DNA of 64,000 nt, taken from assembly GCF_055900595.2 (NCBI RefSeq), contig NZ_CM148325.1. One strand, written 5' to 3'. A program made the translations under genes and the position numbers. This document shows positions 39,681 through 57,342 of this stretch, piece after piece (positions within the stretch are counted from its first letter, which is position 1; every line of letters begins with the position of its first letter). The notes beneath the pieces were generated by a model. It saw only the letters and a list, made by a program, of their open reading frames with translations. It did not search any database and was not told where the DNA came from.

Positions 39681-40733
39681 TTATTCTGTTGGATCAGGAA
39701 TGCCCAGTGTTGTATTCAGACGTCCACGAGACTTATTAAAGATCTTATTGCCATTTTCACGTCCTGCCCGACGGCGTCGCTGTTCTTCTGGCGGTAACGC
39801 GCTTTCTTCGCAGCAAATCTCACTGCAACAACCTTTGTATTTTTCTGCACATACTGGACACTGAATAAACAGCAGGTGGCAGCCATCATTTTTACAGTTG
39901 GTATGGCTATCGCACGGCGCACCGCACTGGTGGCAATGCGCGATAATCTCATCAGATATACGTTCGCCCATCCGCTCGTCAAACACAAAATTTTTGCCAA
40001 TAAAACGCACCGGTAAGCCCTGCTCGCGCGCCTTACGGGCGTATTCAATAATTCCGCCTTCGATATGCCAGACTTTATTGAATCCGTTATGTTTCATCCA
40101 GGCACTGGCCTTTTCACAACGAATGCCGCCGGTGCAGTACATAACGATTTTTTTATCTTTATGTTCCTGCATCATCTCGACTGCTTTTGGCAGCTGCTCA
40201 CGGAAGGTATCTGCCGGAATTTCCAGCGCGTTTTCAAAGTGCCCCACTTCATACTCATAGTGGTTACGCATGTCGATAAACAGTGCATCGGGATCGTCAA
40301 GCATGGCGTTCACTTCCGCCGCTTGCAAATACTCACCAACATTACTGGCATCGAAGTGAGGATCGTCAATACCGTCGGCTACGATGCGATCGCGCACCTT
40401 CATGCGCAGTACCCAGAAGGATTTCCCGTCATCATCCAACGCGATATTCAGGCGTAAGCCATCTAAAGCCGGGTCGAAGCCGTATAGCTGTGCGCGAAAT
40501 GTTTCAACATTGCTCGCAGGTACACTGATTTGCGCGTTAATCCCCTCATGCGCCAGATACACTCGCCCAAAAATATTCAGCGCAGTAAACAGCTGATATA
40601 AAGCGTCACGGGTCGCTTTCGGATCGGCGATGTGGAAATACTTATAAAACGAAATGGTGGTGCGCGGTTCGCGCTCAGCCAACATTTTGGCTTTCAGCGC
40701 GTCGTTGGAAATGCGGTTGTGTAACACTGGCAT
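39681..40733 (-). CDS. trhO: rhodanese-domain tRNA uridine(34) hydroxylase TrhO (YceA)
   Basis: ORF track trimmed to [33 protein letters not shown] (350 aa). Confidence 0.9.
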   Translation of the reverse strand: MPVLHNRISNDALKAKMLAEREPRTTISFYKYFHIADPKATRDALYQLFTALNIFGRVYLAHEGINAQISVPASNVETFRAQLYGFDPALDGLRLNIALDDDGKSFWVLRMKVRDRIVADGIDDPHFDASNVGEYLQAAEVNAMLDDPDALFIDMRNHYEYEVGHFENALEIPADTFREQLPKAVEMMQEHKDKKIVMYCTGGIRCEKASAWMKHNGFNKVWHIEGGIIEYARKAREQGLPVRFIGKNFVFDERMGERISDEIIAHCHQCGAPCDSHTNCKNDGCHLLFIQCPVCAEKYKGCCSEICCEESALPPEEQRRRRAGRENGNKIFNKSRGRLNTTLGIPDPTE

Positions 40734-40957
40734 GGTGTACGGTTCCTGCGAGATGGGAAAGTAAAAATCCGCGGCATGATATAGCAATTATCGATAATTA
40801 ACATCCACACATTTTACGCTACATTTGCGCATTAAAAATTATTTATTATTTACAAGCGCGGTAATTTCGCCCAGTCTTCAGCCACAAATTTTGGTTGCGG
40901 GCGAAAAAATGCGACAATACATACAATTGCCCGAATAGGTTGAAAAACAGGATTGAT

Positions 40958-41878
40958 ATGACGAATCTACCCAAGTTCTCCACCGCACTGCTTCATCCGC
41001 GTTATTGGTTAACCTGGTTGGGTATTGGCGTACTTTGGTTAGTCGTGCAATTGCCCTACCCGGTTATCTACCGCCTCGGTTGTGGATTAGGAAAACTGGC
41101 GTTACGTTTTATGAAACGACGCGCAAAAATTGTGCATCGCAACCTGGAACTGTGCTTCCCGGAAATGAGCGAACAAGAACGCCGTGAAATGGTGGTGAAG
41201 AATTTCGAATCTATTGGTATGGGGCTGATGGAAACCGGCATGGCGTGGTTCTGGCCGGACCGCCGAATCGCCCGCTGGACGGAAGTGATCGGCATGGAAC
41301 ACATTCGTGACGTGCAGGCGCAAAAACGCGGCATCCTGTTAGTTGGCATCCATTTTCTGACTCTGGAGCTGGGTGCGCGGCAGTTTGGTATGCAGGAGCC
41401 GGGCATTGGCGTTTACCGCCCGAACGATAATCCACTGATTGACTGGCTACAAACCTGGGGCCGTTTGCGCTCAAATAAATCGATGCTCGACCGCAAAGAT
41501 TTAAAAGGCATGATTAAAGCCCTGAAAAAAGGCGAAGTGGTTTGGTACGCACCGGATCATGATTACGGCCCGCGCTCAAGCGTTTTCGTCCCGTTGTTTG
41601 CCGTTGAGCAGGCTGCGACCACAACCGGAACCTGGATGCTGGCACGGATGTCCGGCGCATGTCTGGTGCCCTTCGTTCCACGCCGTAAGCCAGATGGCAA
41701 AGGGTATCAGTTGATTATGCTACCGCCAGAGTGTTCTCCGCCGCTGGATGATGCCGAAACCACCGCCGCGTGGATGAACAAAGTGGTCGAAAAATGCATC
41801 ATGATGGCACCAGAGCAGTATATGTGGTTACACCGTCGCTTTAAAACACGTCCGGAAGGCGTTCCTTCACGCTATTAA
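40958..41878 (+). CDS. lpxL: lipid A lauroyl acyltransferase (Kdo2-lipid IVA)
   Basis: ORF track trimmed to [24 protein letters not shown] (306 aa). Confidence 0.95.
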   Translation: MTNLPKFSTALLHPRYWLTWLGIGVLWLVVQLPYPVIYRLGCGLGKLALRFMKRRAKIVHRNLELCFPEMSEQERREMVVKNFESIGMGLMETGMAWFWPDRRIARWTEVIGMEHIRDVQAQKRGILLVGIHFLTLELGARQFGMQEPGIGVYRPNDNPLIDWLQTWGRLRSNKSMLDRKDLKGMIKALKKGEVVWYAPDHDYGPRSSVFVPLFAVEQAATTTGTWMLARMSGACLVPFVPRRKPDGKGYQLIMLPPECSPPLDDAETTAAWMNKVVEKCIMMAPEQYMWLHRRFKTRPEGVPSRY

Positions 41879-42049
41879 ATCTCCCATGCCGGATGCTTGA
41901 GAATGGCATCCGGCATTCCCACAGCAAATCCTCCTGATTTAGCGATAAAAGCTCTCTGGATTGCGCCCCCTGGAAGTCGGGCGCATAATTAGTGTGCTTA
42001 TCTTTTCTTCTTATGTTCACCGCGCCTGGCGCACCAACAGCGGATTGCT

Positions 42050-43276
42050 ATGTCACCCTGTGAAAATGACACCCCTATAAACTGGAAACGAAACCTGATC
42101 GTCGCCTGGCTAGGCTGTTTTCTTACCGGTGCCGCCTTCAGCCTGGTAATGCCCTTCTTACCCCTCTACGTTGAGCAGCTTGGCGTTACCGGCCACTCCG
42201 CCCTGAATATGTGGTCCGGTATTGTCTTCAGCATTACATTTTTATTTTCGGCCATCGCCTCACCGTTTTGGGGTGGACTCGCCGACCGTAAAGGCCGAAA
42301 ACTCATGCTATTACGCTCTGCCCTCGGCATGGGCATCGTGATGGTGTTGATGGGGCTGGCACAAAATATCTGGCAGTTTTTGATCCTGCGGGCGCTGCTT
42401 GGTTTGCTTGGCGGATTTGTTCCCAACGCTAACGCACTGATCGCCACACAAGTACCGCGTAATAAAAGCGGCTGGGCGCTGGGTACGCTCTCCACAGGCG
42501 GCGTTAGCGGCGCGTTGCTCGGCCCAATGGCTGGTGGTTTGCTTGCCGATAGCTACGGCTTACGTCCGGTATTCTTTATTACCGCCAGTGTGCTGATACT
42601 TTGCTTTTTCGTCACCCTGTTTTGCATCCGAGAAAAATTCCAGCCGGTCAGCAAAAAAGAGATGCTGCATATGCGGGAAGTGGTGACATCACTTAAAAAC
42701 CCGAAACTGGTACTCAGCCTGTTTGTCACCACGTTAATCATCCAGGTGGCGACGGGTTCAATTGCCCCTATTCTGACGCTGTATGTCCGCGAACTGGCGG
42801 GTAACGTCAGTAATGTCGCCTTTATCAGCGGCATGATCGCCTCGGTGCCAGGCGTGGCTGCTCTGCTGAGTGCACCACGACTCGGCAAACTTGGCGATCG
42901 AATCGGACCCGAAAAGATCCTGATTACAGCGCTGATCTTTTCTGTACTGCTGTTGATCCCAATGTCTTATGTTCAGACGCCATTGCAACTTGGGATTTTA
43001 CGTTTTTTGCTCGGTGCCGCGGATGGTGCACTACTCCCCGCCGTACAGACACTGTTGGTTTACAACTCGAGCAACCAAATCGCCGGGCGTATCTTCAGCT
43101 ATAACCAATCGTTTCGTGATATTGGCAACGTTACCGGACCATTGATGGGAGCAGCGATTTCAGCGAACTACGGTTTCAGAGCGGTATTCCTCGTCACCGC
43201 TGGCGTAGTGTTATTCAACGCCGTCTATTCATGGAACAGTCTGCGCCGTCGTCGGATACCCCAGGTATCGAACTGA
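42050..43276 (+). CDS. mdtG: MFS efflux transporter MdtG
   Basis: 408 aa, [27 protein letters not shown]. Confidence 0.94.
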
Positions 43277-43358
43277 TTTTTCGCCTTTCATACTTGCAAA
43301 AGCGGAGAATCAGCTATCCTTTTCCCTGAAACCTCATCAACTCAAAGGGAGAATCGTG

Positions 43359-43733
43359 ATGACCATGTACGCAACGCTTGAAGAAGCCATTGACGCTGCA
43401 CGCGAAGAATTTCTTGCAGACAACCCCGGCATCGACGCCGAAGACGCGAATGTGCAACAGTTCAATGCCCAAAAATACGTTTTGCAGGACGGCGACATCA
43501 TGTGGCAAGTTGAGTTTTTTGCCGACGAAGGGGAAGAAGGTGAATGTTTACCCATGCTTAGCGGTGAAGCCGCGCAAAGTGTCTTTGACGGCGACTATGA
43601 TGAGATAGAGATCCGCCAGGAGTGGCAGGAAGAGAATACATTACATGAATGGGACGAGGGGGAATTTCAGCTTGAGCCACCGCTGGATACGGAAGAAGGA
43701 CGGGCAGCGGCTGATGAGTGGGATGAACGCTAA
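43359..43733 (+). CDS. msyB: acidic protein MsyB
   Basis: 124 aa highly acidic protein MTMYATLEEAIDAAREEF. Confidence 0.9.
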   Translation: MTMYATLEEAIDAAREEFLADNPGIDAEDANVQQFNAQKYVLQDGDIMWQVEFFADEGEEGECLPMLSGEAAQSVFDGDYDEIEIRQEWQEENTLHEWDEGEFQLEPPLDTEEGRAAADEWDER

Positions 43734-43961
43734 TTACTCATACGGGCCATGATGAATGTCGATCGGCAGCAGTAAAGTATCGAAAACAAGGGAGAATGGC
43801 AGATCAAGGATCGTGACGTAACGCCAGGCGGAGTCACGCACGTCCCATTGCACACCAGGATAATATTGGTTGCCATGCCCCTGCCCCGGTATAGTGCGAC
43901 TAATAATACTGCCGCAGCCACTCAACAAGGTCACCATAATACTGACCATGATGAAACGCAT
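43734..43961 (-). CDS. yceK: lipoprotein YceK
   Basis: 75 aa with lipobox LLSGC. Confidence 0.85.
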   Translation of the reverse strand: MRFIMVSIMVTLLSGCGSIISRTIPGQGHGNQYYPGVQWDVRDSAWRYVTILDLPFSLVFDTLLLPIDIHHGPYE

Positions 43962-43974
43962 TTGATACCTCTCC

Positions 43975-44006
43975 CGTAAAAAAATACCGGCATAACGCCG
44001 GTATTT
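43975..44006 (-). terminator. intrinsic terminator downstream of opgGH
   Basis: ATACCGGCGTTATGCCGGTAT hairpin flanked by A-run and T-run. Confidence 0.6.
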
Positions 44007-44019
44007 TTATTGGCTCGTT

Positions 44020-44125
44020 GTTTTTGCCAGATGCAGCGTGAACGCCTTGTCCGACCTAAAAAATATTGCAAAATCAATACATCGTAGAACGTAGTGGCCT
44101 GATAAGCGTAGCGCATCAGGCCACT
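44020..44125. repeat. REP-like palindromic units
   Basis: GCCTGATAAGCGTAGCGCATCAGGC and related units between opgH stop and the terminator. Confidence 0.6.
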
Positions 44126-44130
44126 ACGTT

Positions 44131-48313
<4,183 letters not shown>

Positions 48314-48595
48314 TCAGCACGCTGGCTCATGGATTAAGCACCTGATTGCAACCGTTTTCACTTTCCGTGCTTCTCCTAAAGACAGAAGCATCGACTTCGT
48401 GTAGGGTTTGCCAGCAAATTTATTTATCAACCGTCTTACAGACGCTTCCATTCTGGTTAGTGGTAGCGATGATGCTATGCATAAAAACCTTGAAGCCTGC
48501 GTCTGGCGCGGTCAGGTCGGTGTCGCTATGGCAACAAGCCTAAAGGCATAACCCGACAGGGATAAGACGAAAAATCCGAGATTAGTTAACCATAT

Positions 48596-49753
48596 ATGAA
48601 TCCAGTACCCGCGCAACGTGAATATTTCCTCGACTCCATCCGCGCCTGGCTGATGTTGTTAGGGATCCCTTTTCATATTTCTTTAATCTATTCGAGCCAT
48701 ACATGGCATGTGAATAGCGCCGAACCGTCATTGTGGCTGACCCTTTTTAATGACTTCATCCACTCGTTCCGCATGCAGGTATTTTTCGTTATATCCGGGT
48801 ACTTTTCTTACATGCTTTTTTTACGCTATCCCTTGAAAAAATGGTGGAAAGTACGTGTCGAACGTGTAGGGATCCCGATGTTAACAGCCATCCCCCTACT
48901 GACATTGCCGCAATTTATTATGCTGCAATACGTCAAAGGGAAAGCGGAAAGTTGGCCTGGGCTGTCATTGTATGACAAATATAATACGTTGGCCTGGGAA
49001 TTAATATCACACCTGTGGTTTTTACTGGTGTTAGTGGTCATGACGACGCTATGCGTATGGATATTTAAACGCATCAGAAATAATTTAGAAAATTCTGATA
49101 AAACGAATAAAAAATTCTCGATGGTAAAATTATCGGTGATTTTTTTGTGCCTCGGCATCGGTTATGCGGTAATAAGAAGAACGATTTTTATTGTGTATCC
49201 ACCCATTCTGAGTAACGGCATGTTCAATTTTATTGTCATGCAAACGTTATTTTATTTGCCGTTCTTTATCCTCGGCGCACTGGCTTTCATTTTCCCTCAT
49301 CTTAAAGCCTTGTTTACCACGCCGTCTCGTGGCTGTACCCTTGCAGCAGCATTGGCGTTTGTCGCTTATTTACTCAACCAGCGCTATGGCAGTGGCGATG
49401 CCTGGATGTACGAAACCGAGTCGGTGATCACCATGGTCCTCGGTCTGTGGATGGTGAATGTGGTCTTCTCCTTCGGCCACCGTTTCCTTAACTTCCAGTC
49501 AGCGCGGGTGACTTACTTTGTTAACGCATCGCTATTTATCTATCTGGTTCACCACCCGTTAACGCTGTTTTTCGGCGCGTACATTACACCGCACATCACC
49601 TCCAACTGGCTTGGTTTTCTCTGTGGCCTGATATTCGTAGTAGGGATTGCGATAATTCTGTATGAAATTCATTTACGCATCCCGTTACTGAAGTTTTTGT
49701 TCTCTGGTAAACCGGTTGTTAAGCGTGAGAACGATAAAGCACCAGCCCGTTAA
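48596..49753 (+). CDS. opgC: OPG succinyltransferase (membrane acyltransferase)
   Basis: 385 aa polytopic membrane protein. Confidence 0.93.
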   Translation: MNPVPAQREYFLDSIRAWLMLLGIPFHISLIYSSHTWHVNSAEPSLWLTLFNDFIHSFRMQVFFVISGYFSYMLFLRYPLKKWWKVRVERVGIPMLTAIPLLTLPQFIMLQYVKGKAESWPGLSLYDKYNTLAWELISHLWFLLVLVVMTTLCVWIFKRIRNNLENSDKTNKKFSMVKLSVIFLCLGIGYAVIRRTIFIVYPPILSNGMFNFIVMQTLFYLPFFILGALAFIFPHLKALFTTPSRGCTLAAALAFVAYLLNQRYGSGDAWMYETESVITMVLGLWMVNVVFSFGHRFLNFQSARVTYFVNASLFIYLVHHPLTLFFGAYITPHITSNWLGFLCGLIFVVGIAIILYEIHLRIPLLKFLFSGKPVVKRENDKAPAR

Positions 49754-49760
49754 GCCGCGT

Positions 49761-51182
49761 TTACAATAACCATTCCACAGGCAATATCGACGCCAGTCTG
49801 ACCATAACCCGCTTCCAGAAACTGGTAGCGGGTTCTTTTTTGAGAACAATTTCTTTCTTTGCATGACGATCAACCCAGTTGATCCGCCCCCACCTGTCCA
49901 GACGGAGCTGCCAGGCCGCATCATACTGGCTCTGAATAAAGCGTTTATCAATTAACTGTGCCAGCGTTTCGCTCTCTATCACGAACCCCATTTCAGTATT
50001 GAGCAATGTCGAACGTGGATCGAAATTGAAAGAGCCAATAAACACCGTTTTACCATCGATGCTAAAGGTTTTAGCATGCAGGCTGGCACCGGAATTACCG
50101 GTTATGCCGCGATCGTGTAACGTACTACTTTGTTCACGCGTCGGCTTGAGTTCATATAATTCCACGCCGTAGCGGAGCAATTTTTTGCGCCAGCGCGCGT
50201 ATCCGGCATGGACGACAGCAACATCGTTAGCGGCAAGAGAATTGGTTAGGATCGCAATCTTTACCCCTTTTCTCACCATCCGTAAGAGTTGCGCCACACC
50301 TGCGCGTGTCGGTACAAAATAGGAAGAGATAATATCGATGCGTTCACTGGGTGAGCCCATGATATCGAACAGGCGCTGCGGTAACAGTGAATGCCGTTTT
50401 GCCTTGCCTTCCCCTTTCGCCGGATCATCACTTAATAAACGTGTTTTCGCCCAGATAAGCGGCAACGTTCCATCAACCAGATGATTTATAAACGGGCTGG
50501 ATTCCATTTTGCGTAAATAACGATGCGTCATGGCATCGTCATGCCAGGAGGCGGGTAACTCGATGCGATCCGCCATTTCACCTTCCGGGACATCCAGCAC
50601 CTGCTGTAAGGGTGAAACCGATTTACAATACCAGTAGCGGGCGAAATCATCGGCAACGTCCTCTACAACTGGTCCTATTGCCATGACATCTAAATCCGAA
50701 AAAAGTGGCTCTTCCCCTGCACCAAAATAGGCATCACCAATATTTCGTCCCCCCACCAGAGTCACCACACCATCGACGGTGAAACTTTTATTGTGCATAC
50801 GGCGATTGAGACGGGAAAAGTCGGTGATATAACCAAGCGGACGTAGCAGTCGAAACGAAAAAGGATTAAAAAGTCGGACTTCAATGCGGGGATGACTGTC
50901 AAGCAAGCGTAAAATGTCGTCAAGTCCGGGTGTATTGTTGTCGTCCAGCAACAAACGGACGCGAACGCCACGCTTTGCTGCGGCTAACAGGGCGGAAAAC
51001 AGTAACCGACCCGACATATCGTCCTGCCAGATGTAATACTGAACATCCAGCGTATGCTCTGCCATTTCGGCCAGACGATACCGGGCGGCAAACGCATCCA
51101 GACTTTTCTCCAGAGGAAAAAGGCCACACTGACCGGGATGTTGCGAACACAGTGGCAGCACCGCGCTCGCCAGCCGGGGCAA
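49761..51182 (-). CDS. clsC: cardiolipin synthase C (PLD family)
   Basis: Two HxK(x)4D phospholipase D motifs (RRMHNKSFTVDG, ASLHAKTFSIDG). Start uncertain: TTG at 51180..51182 gives 473 aa; ATG 9 nt upstream or ORF-track start 51251 are alternatives. Confidence 0.85.
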   Translation of the reverse strand: MPRLASAVLPLCSQHPGQCGLFPLEKSLDAFAARYRLAEMAEHTLDVQYYIWQDDMSGRLLFSALLAAAKRGVRVRLLLDDNNTPGLDDILRLLDSHPRIEVRLFNPFSFRLLRPLGYITDFSRLNRRMHNKSFTVDGVVTLVGGRNIGDAYFGAGEEPLFSDLDVMAIGPVVEDVADDFARYWYCKSVSPLQQVLDVPEGEMADRIELPASWHDDAMTHRYLRKMESSPFINHLVDGTLPLIWAKTRLLSDDPAKGEGKAKRHSLLPQRLFDIMGSPSERIDIISSYFVPTRAGVAQLLRMVRKGVKIAILTNSLAANDVAVVHAGYARWRKKLLRYGVELYELKPTREQSSTLHDRGITGNSGASLHAKTFSIDGKTVFIGSFNFDPRSTLLNTEMGFVIESETLAQLIDKRFIQSQYDAAWQLRLDRWGRINWVDRHAKKEIVLKKEPATSFWKRVMVRLASILPVEWLL

Positions 51183-51183
51183 A

Positions 51184-51717
51184 TCATTCATCTCCTTGTT
51201 GGGTAAGGAGTCTTTCGTAGAGGTGGGCGTTTTCTTCATCATAACAGACAAAGTATACCTGTTCGGGTAAAGCGTGACGGGTAATAAATTCTGAAACGGT
51301 TTTTACTGCGATTTCAGCCGCTGCCGCGCGAGGGTAACCATAAACCCCAGTACTAATTGCAGGAAAAGCCACTGACGTATAGCTGTTTGCCGCCACCAGT
51401 CGTAGGCTATTGAGATAGGCATCCTGCAAAAGCTGGTCTTCGTTTTGTTCACCACCACGCCAGACTGGGCCGACGGTGTGCACTACGGCTTTCGCGGGAA
51501 GATCGCCTGCAAGCGTAATAACGGCATGCCCCGTAGGGCAATCGCCCTGCTGTTGCCTGACTTTTAAACAGGCATCCAGAAGGGCCGGACCCGCTGCGCG
51601 ATGAATGGCTCCATCGACGCCGCCGCCTCCCATTAATGACGGATTAGCCGCATTCACAATCACATCAACGGCCAGTTTGGTAATATCACCCTGCACAACA
51701 TGAATACGCGTTTTCAT
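51184..51717 (-). CDS. ymdB: macrodomain O-acetyl-ADP-ribose deacetylase YmdB
   Basis: 177 aa, [25 protein letters not shown]. Confidence 0.95.
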
Positions 51718-51811
51718 AACGCCTCCTTACACCTTCTTGTTTCTTAAGTGTACAGCAGGCTTTTTGGTTAAATCGCATTTTTCTGCTCAGCAAGGTGAGT
51801 TGTTCAGAAAC

Positions 51812-52191
<380 letters not shown>

Positions 52192-52192
52192 C

Positions 52193-52229
<37 letters not shown>

Positions 52230-52230
52230 T

Positions 52231-52576
<346 letters not shown>

Positions 52577-52634
52577 ATTCTTCTCCCGAAAAAAAACAGG
52601 GCTTGCGCCCTGTTTCTTTAATACAGAGGATGTA

Positions 52635-53090
52635 TTAGTACTGATGAGCGGTCGCGTTGTTACCAAAGCCAACCTGAGTGACGTTAACGCTGGAGTTAGA
52701 TGCAGTCTGGTCAACAGCAGCACCGTTACCGCCACCGAACTGTTTAACAGTCATAGTAGAATCTTTACCATTCCACTGATCAAGAGTGGCGCTGTTACCG
52801 AAGCCACGCTGAGTCAGATCGATTGAGCTGTCATCTGAGCCCTGACCAACATCTGCACCGTTACCACCGCCATGCTGGGTAATAGTCAAGTCAGAGTTAC
52901 GGGCATCAGTTTGCAGAGCAAGTGCAGAGTTACCGCCACCGTACTGGTAAATGTTCAGCTCTGAATTTGGGCCGCTATTATTACCGCCACCACCGTGGTT
53001 ACCGCCGCCGCCGTACTGAGGAACAACACCTGCCAGAGCGCTACCAGAGAATACGATTGCTGCAATTGCTGCTACTTTTAAAAGTTTCAT
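52635..53090 (-). CDS. csgA: major curlin subunit
   Basis: 151 aa, five imperfect S-x5-Q-x-G-x-G-N-x-A-x3-Q amyloid repeats. Confidence 0.97.
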   Translation of the reverse strand: MKLLKVAAIAAIVFSGSALAGVVPQYGGGGNHGGGGNNSGPNSELNIYQYGGGNSALALQTDARNSDLTITQHGGGNGADVGQGSDDSSIDLTQRGFGNSATLDQWNGKDSTMTVKQFGGGNGAAVDQTASNSSVNVTQVGFGNNATAHQY

Positions 53091-53130
53091 GTAAAACCCC
53101 CATCGGATTGATTTAAAAGTCGAATGGAAA

Positions 53131-53586
53131 TTAACGTTGTGTCACGCGAATAGCCATTTGCGACTGTCTCTGCACTACAATTGCCGTTTTTTGAGTACCA
53201 TACTGTGTAATATTTGCTTTATTACCAGAACCTTTCTGGATAATCATCGCAGTATTACCATAAGCACCTTGCGAAATACTGGCATCGTTGGCATTGCCCG
53301 CCTGATCAATATATGCAAGGTTATAATCTCCTGTCTGGTCAATCTTTGCCCGGTTGCTACTACCTTCTTGCGCAACAACCGCCAAAAGTTTTGAGCCTCC
53401 CTGCCGTAACTGAGCACTATTATTAGTCCCAGCTTGACCAATTATGGCTGCCTGATTAAATGAAGACTTACTCAATTCATTTACCGCGAAGTTATATTCT
53501 GAATTAGCTAAATCATAACCTGCTGCGGCTGCAATCCCAGGCGCACCCAGTATTGTTAACATCATAAATAACAATTTGTTTTTCAT
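53131..53586 (-). CDS. csgB: minor curlin / nucleator
   Basis: ORF track trimmed to MKNKLLFMMLTILGAPGIAAA (151 aa). Confidence 0.95.
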   Translation of the reverse strand: MKNKLLFMMLTILGAPGIAAAAGYDLANSEYNFAVNELSKSSFNQAAIIGQAGTNNSAQLRQGGSKLLAVVAQEGSSNRAKIDQTGDYNLAYIDQAGNANDASISQGAYGNTAMIIQKGSGNKANITQYGTQKTAIVVQRQSQMAIRVTQR

Positions 53587-54340
53587 GTTGTCACCCTGGA
53601 CCTGGTCGTACATTTAAGAAATTAAATCATTTCAACTTGGTTGTTAACGCAACCTGTATTTTGTTAACGCCGCGTTACGATGGAAAGTATGTCTGCGGAA
53701 ATATTTTTAATAACTCACCTGCGCGTTGTATTTTTCTTTTTTTGTTCATACCAAAGTATTAAAACCCACGTAAATACGCTGTTATCTACGCAAAAAAATA
53801 TTTTGTTTTCTTTTAAATTTCGGTTTTCCGCAATCAAAAATCACCAGACAGTCATTCTTCTTGCCCGTCGCTGATTGCTGCGATATGTCTTGCGCACAAG
53901 CCGTGACAAACCTCGTCTTTTTGCAGTAAAAAATTGTCCACGGAGGTGTGGAGAAAAAACAAGAACGTTTTACATGACGAAAGGACTACACCGAAATATT
54001 TTTTATATGCATTATTAGCAAGTTAGCACCATTTGTATGATTTTTTAAAATTGTGCAAGAAAAACCAAATGTACAACTTTTCTATCATTTCTAAACTTAA
54101 TAAAACCTTAAGATTAACATTTTAATATAACGAGTTACATTTAGTTACATGTTTAACACTTGATTTAAGATTTGTAATGGCTAGATTGAAATCAGATGTA
54201 ATCCATTAGTTTTATATTTTACCCATTTAGGGCTGATTTATTACTACACACAGCAGTGCAACATCTGTCAGTACTTCTGGTGCTTCTATTTTAGAGGCAG
54301 CTGTCAGGTGTGCGATCAATAAAAAAAGCGGGGTTTCATC
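53587..54340. promoter_or_regulatory. csgBAC / csgDEFG divergent control region
   Basis: 754-bp AT-rich non-coding spacer between divergent csgB and csgD starts; multifactor regulation is established knowledge, sites not resolved here. Confidence 0.8.
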
Positions 54341-54991
<651 letters not shown>

Positions 54992-54995
54992 AGCC

Positions 54996-55385
54996 ATGAA
55001 ACGTTATTTACGCTGGATTGTGGCGGCAGAATTCCTGTTCGCCGCAGGGAATCTTCACGCCGTTGAGGTAGAAGTCCCGGGCTTGTTAACTGACCATACT
55101 GTTTCATCAATTGGCCATGATTTTTACCGAGCCTTTAGTGATAAATGGGAAAGTGACTATACGGGTAACTTAACGATTAATGAAAGGCCCAGTGCACGAT
55201 GGGGAAGTTGGATCACAATAACGGTCAATCAGGACGTTATTTTCCAGACTTTTTTATTCCCGTTGAAAAGAGACTTCGAAAAAACTGTCGTCTTTGCACT
55301 GATTCAAACTGAAGAAGCACTAAATCGTCGCCAGATAAATCAGGCGTTATTGAGTACGGGCGATTTGGCGCATGATGAATTCTAA
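54996..55385 (+). CDS. csgE: curli secretion specificity factor
   Basis: 129 aa. Confidence 0.95.
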
Positions 55386-55409
55386 ATAAAAAATTGTTCG
55401 GAGGCTGCA

Positions 55410-55826
55410 ATGCGTGTCAAACATGCAGTAGTTCTACTCATGCTTATTTCGCCTTTAAGTTGGGCTGGAACCATGACTTTCCAGTTCCGTAATCCAAACT
55501 TTGGTGGCAACCCAAATAATGGCGCTTTTTTATTAAATAGCGCCCAGGCACAGAACTCGTATAAAGATCCGAGCTATAACGATGACTTTGGTATTGAAAC
55601 GCCATCAGCGTTAGATAACTTTACCCAGGCCATCCAGTCACAAATTTTAGGTGGGCTACTGTCGAATATTAATACCGGTAAACCGGGCCGCATGGTGACC
55701 AACGATTATATTGTCGATATCGCTAACCGCGATGGTCAATTGCAGTTGAATGTGACGGATCGCAAAACCGGACAAACCTCGACCATCCAGGTTTCGGGTT
55801 TACAAAATAACTCAACCGATTTTTAA
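55410..55826 (+). CDS. csgF: curli assembly protein
   Basis: 138 aa. Confidence 0.95.
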
Positions 55827-55852
55827 GCCCCAGCTTCATAAGGAAAATAATC

Positions 55853-56686
55853 ATGCAGCGCTTATTTCTTTTGGTTGCCGTCATGTTACTGAGCGGATGC
55901 TTAACCGCCCCGCCTAAAGAAGCCGCCAGACCGACATTAATGCCTCGTGCTCAGAGCTACAAAGATTTGACCCATCTGCCAGCGCCGACGGGTAAGATCT
56001 TTGTTTCGGTATACAACATTCAGGACGAAACCGGGCAATTTAAACCCTACCCGGCAAGTAACTTCTCCACTGCTGTTCCGCAAAGCGCCACGGCAATGCT
56101 CGTCACGGCATTAAAAGATTCTCGCTGGTTTATACCGCTGGAGCGCCAGGGCTTACAAAACCTGCTTAACGAGCGCAAGATTATTCGTGCGGCACAAGAA
56201 AACGGCACGGTTGCCATTAATAACCGAATCCCGCTGCAATCTTTAACGGCGGCAAATATCATGGTTGAAGGTTCGATTATCGGTTATGAAAGCAACGTTA
56301 AATCGGGCGGTGTTGGTGCAAGATATTTTGGGATCGGTGCCGACACGCAATACCAGCTCGATCAGATTGCCGTGAACCTGCGTGTCGTCAATGTGAGTAC
56401 CGGTGAGATCCTCTCCTCGGTGAACACCAGTAAGACGATACTTTCCTATGAAGTTCAGGCGGGGGTCTTCCGCTTTATTGACTACCAGCGCTTACTGGAA
56501 GGGGAAGTAGGTTACACCTCGAACGAACCCGTTATGCTGTGCCTGATGTCGGCTATCGAAACAGGCGTCATTTTCCTGATTAATGATGGTATCGACCGCG
56601 GTCTTTGGGATTTGCAGAACAAAGCAGAACGGCAGAATGACATTCTGGTGAAATACCGCCATATGTCGGTTCCACCGGAATCCTGA
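55853..56686 (+). CDS. csgG: curli secretion channel lipoprotein
   Basis: 277 aa, lipobox LLSGC. Confidence 0.96.
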   Translation: MQRLFLLVAVMLLSGCLTAPPKEAARPTLMPRAQSYKDLTHLPAPTGKIFVSVYNIQDETGQFKPYPASNFSTAVPQSATAMLVTALKDSRWFIPLERQGLQNLLNERKIIRAAQENGTVAINNRIPLQSLTAANIMVEGSIIGYESNVKSGGVGARYFGIGADTQYQLDQIAVNLRVVNVSTGEILSSVNTSKTILSYEVQAGVFRFIDYQRLLEGEVGYTSNEPVMLCLMSAIETGVIFLINDGIDRGLWDLQNKAERQNDILVKYRHMSVPPES

Positions 56687-56749
56687 TAGATAAAAATGCC
56701 GGAATTATCATCCGGCATTTTACTGTTCAAGCGAAAGCGTGAGTGCCCC

Positions 56750-57241
56750 TCACGCTTTATTTTTGATTTGCTGCTCACGGTGAGCCGTCTTTGCACTACG
56801 CGCCGCCAGCCACAAGCCGCTGTTTTTCATTGCGTAACCAAATATCAACCCGAGCGCCAGCGAAGGTAACACCAGTTTCCAGTCACCCTGCCCGGCAAAC
56901 GTCGCGCATGCGCCTATAAACGTCCCCGGAACAAATGAAAGCAGCAGCTGTTTCGCCTGAATACACATCAGAAACGCGACAATACCGGTTATGACATAAC
57001 CGAGAATTTCCAGATGTGGTGCCAGTGCACTACCGTAAATAATGACCATCGCCCACACCACGCCACTAAGCAGGGTTGCAGCGGAGATCGCCAGCCCTTT
57101 CAGCCCACCTTGCGGGCAGGCAAAGTAGGCCGTACAGCCCAGGAAACCCGCCCAGCTTAGTAAGCCCAGGGAAACAGCCACCCATCCCCAGATACCGGAG
57201 AGAATGCCTGTTGTGATTGCAATAGAGAGAAGTATGTTCAT
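56750..57241 (-). CDS. ycdZ: inner membrane protein YcdZ (DUF1097)
   Basis: ORF track trimmed to MNILLSIAITTGILSGIWGW (163 aa). Confidence 0.85.
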   Translation of the reverse strand: MNILLSIAITTGILSGIWGWVAVSLGLLSWAGFLGCTAYFACPQGGLKGLAISAATLLSGVVWAMVIIYGSALAPHLEILGYVITGIVAFLMCIQAKQLLLSFVPGTFIGACATFAGQGDWKLVLPSLALGLIFGYAMKNSGLWLAARSAKTAHREQQIKNKA

Positions 57242-57342
57242 GCCGCGCATGATAGCAGAAAACGCGGCCATGAATGAGATCGAGCACACATTTTATGCAA
57301 CAACAAATTATCTGTTGCAGTTATGAGTGATGGAGATCACAT

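Noticed and set aside
52635-53586. Internal repeats in csgA and csgB considered as possible unexplained tandem repeats
   Set aside because: These are the known five-fold amyloid repeat units of the curlin subunits, read in frame as protein repeats.
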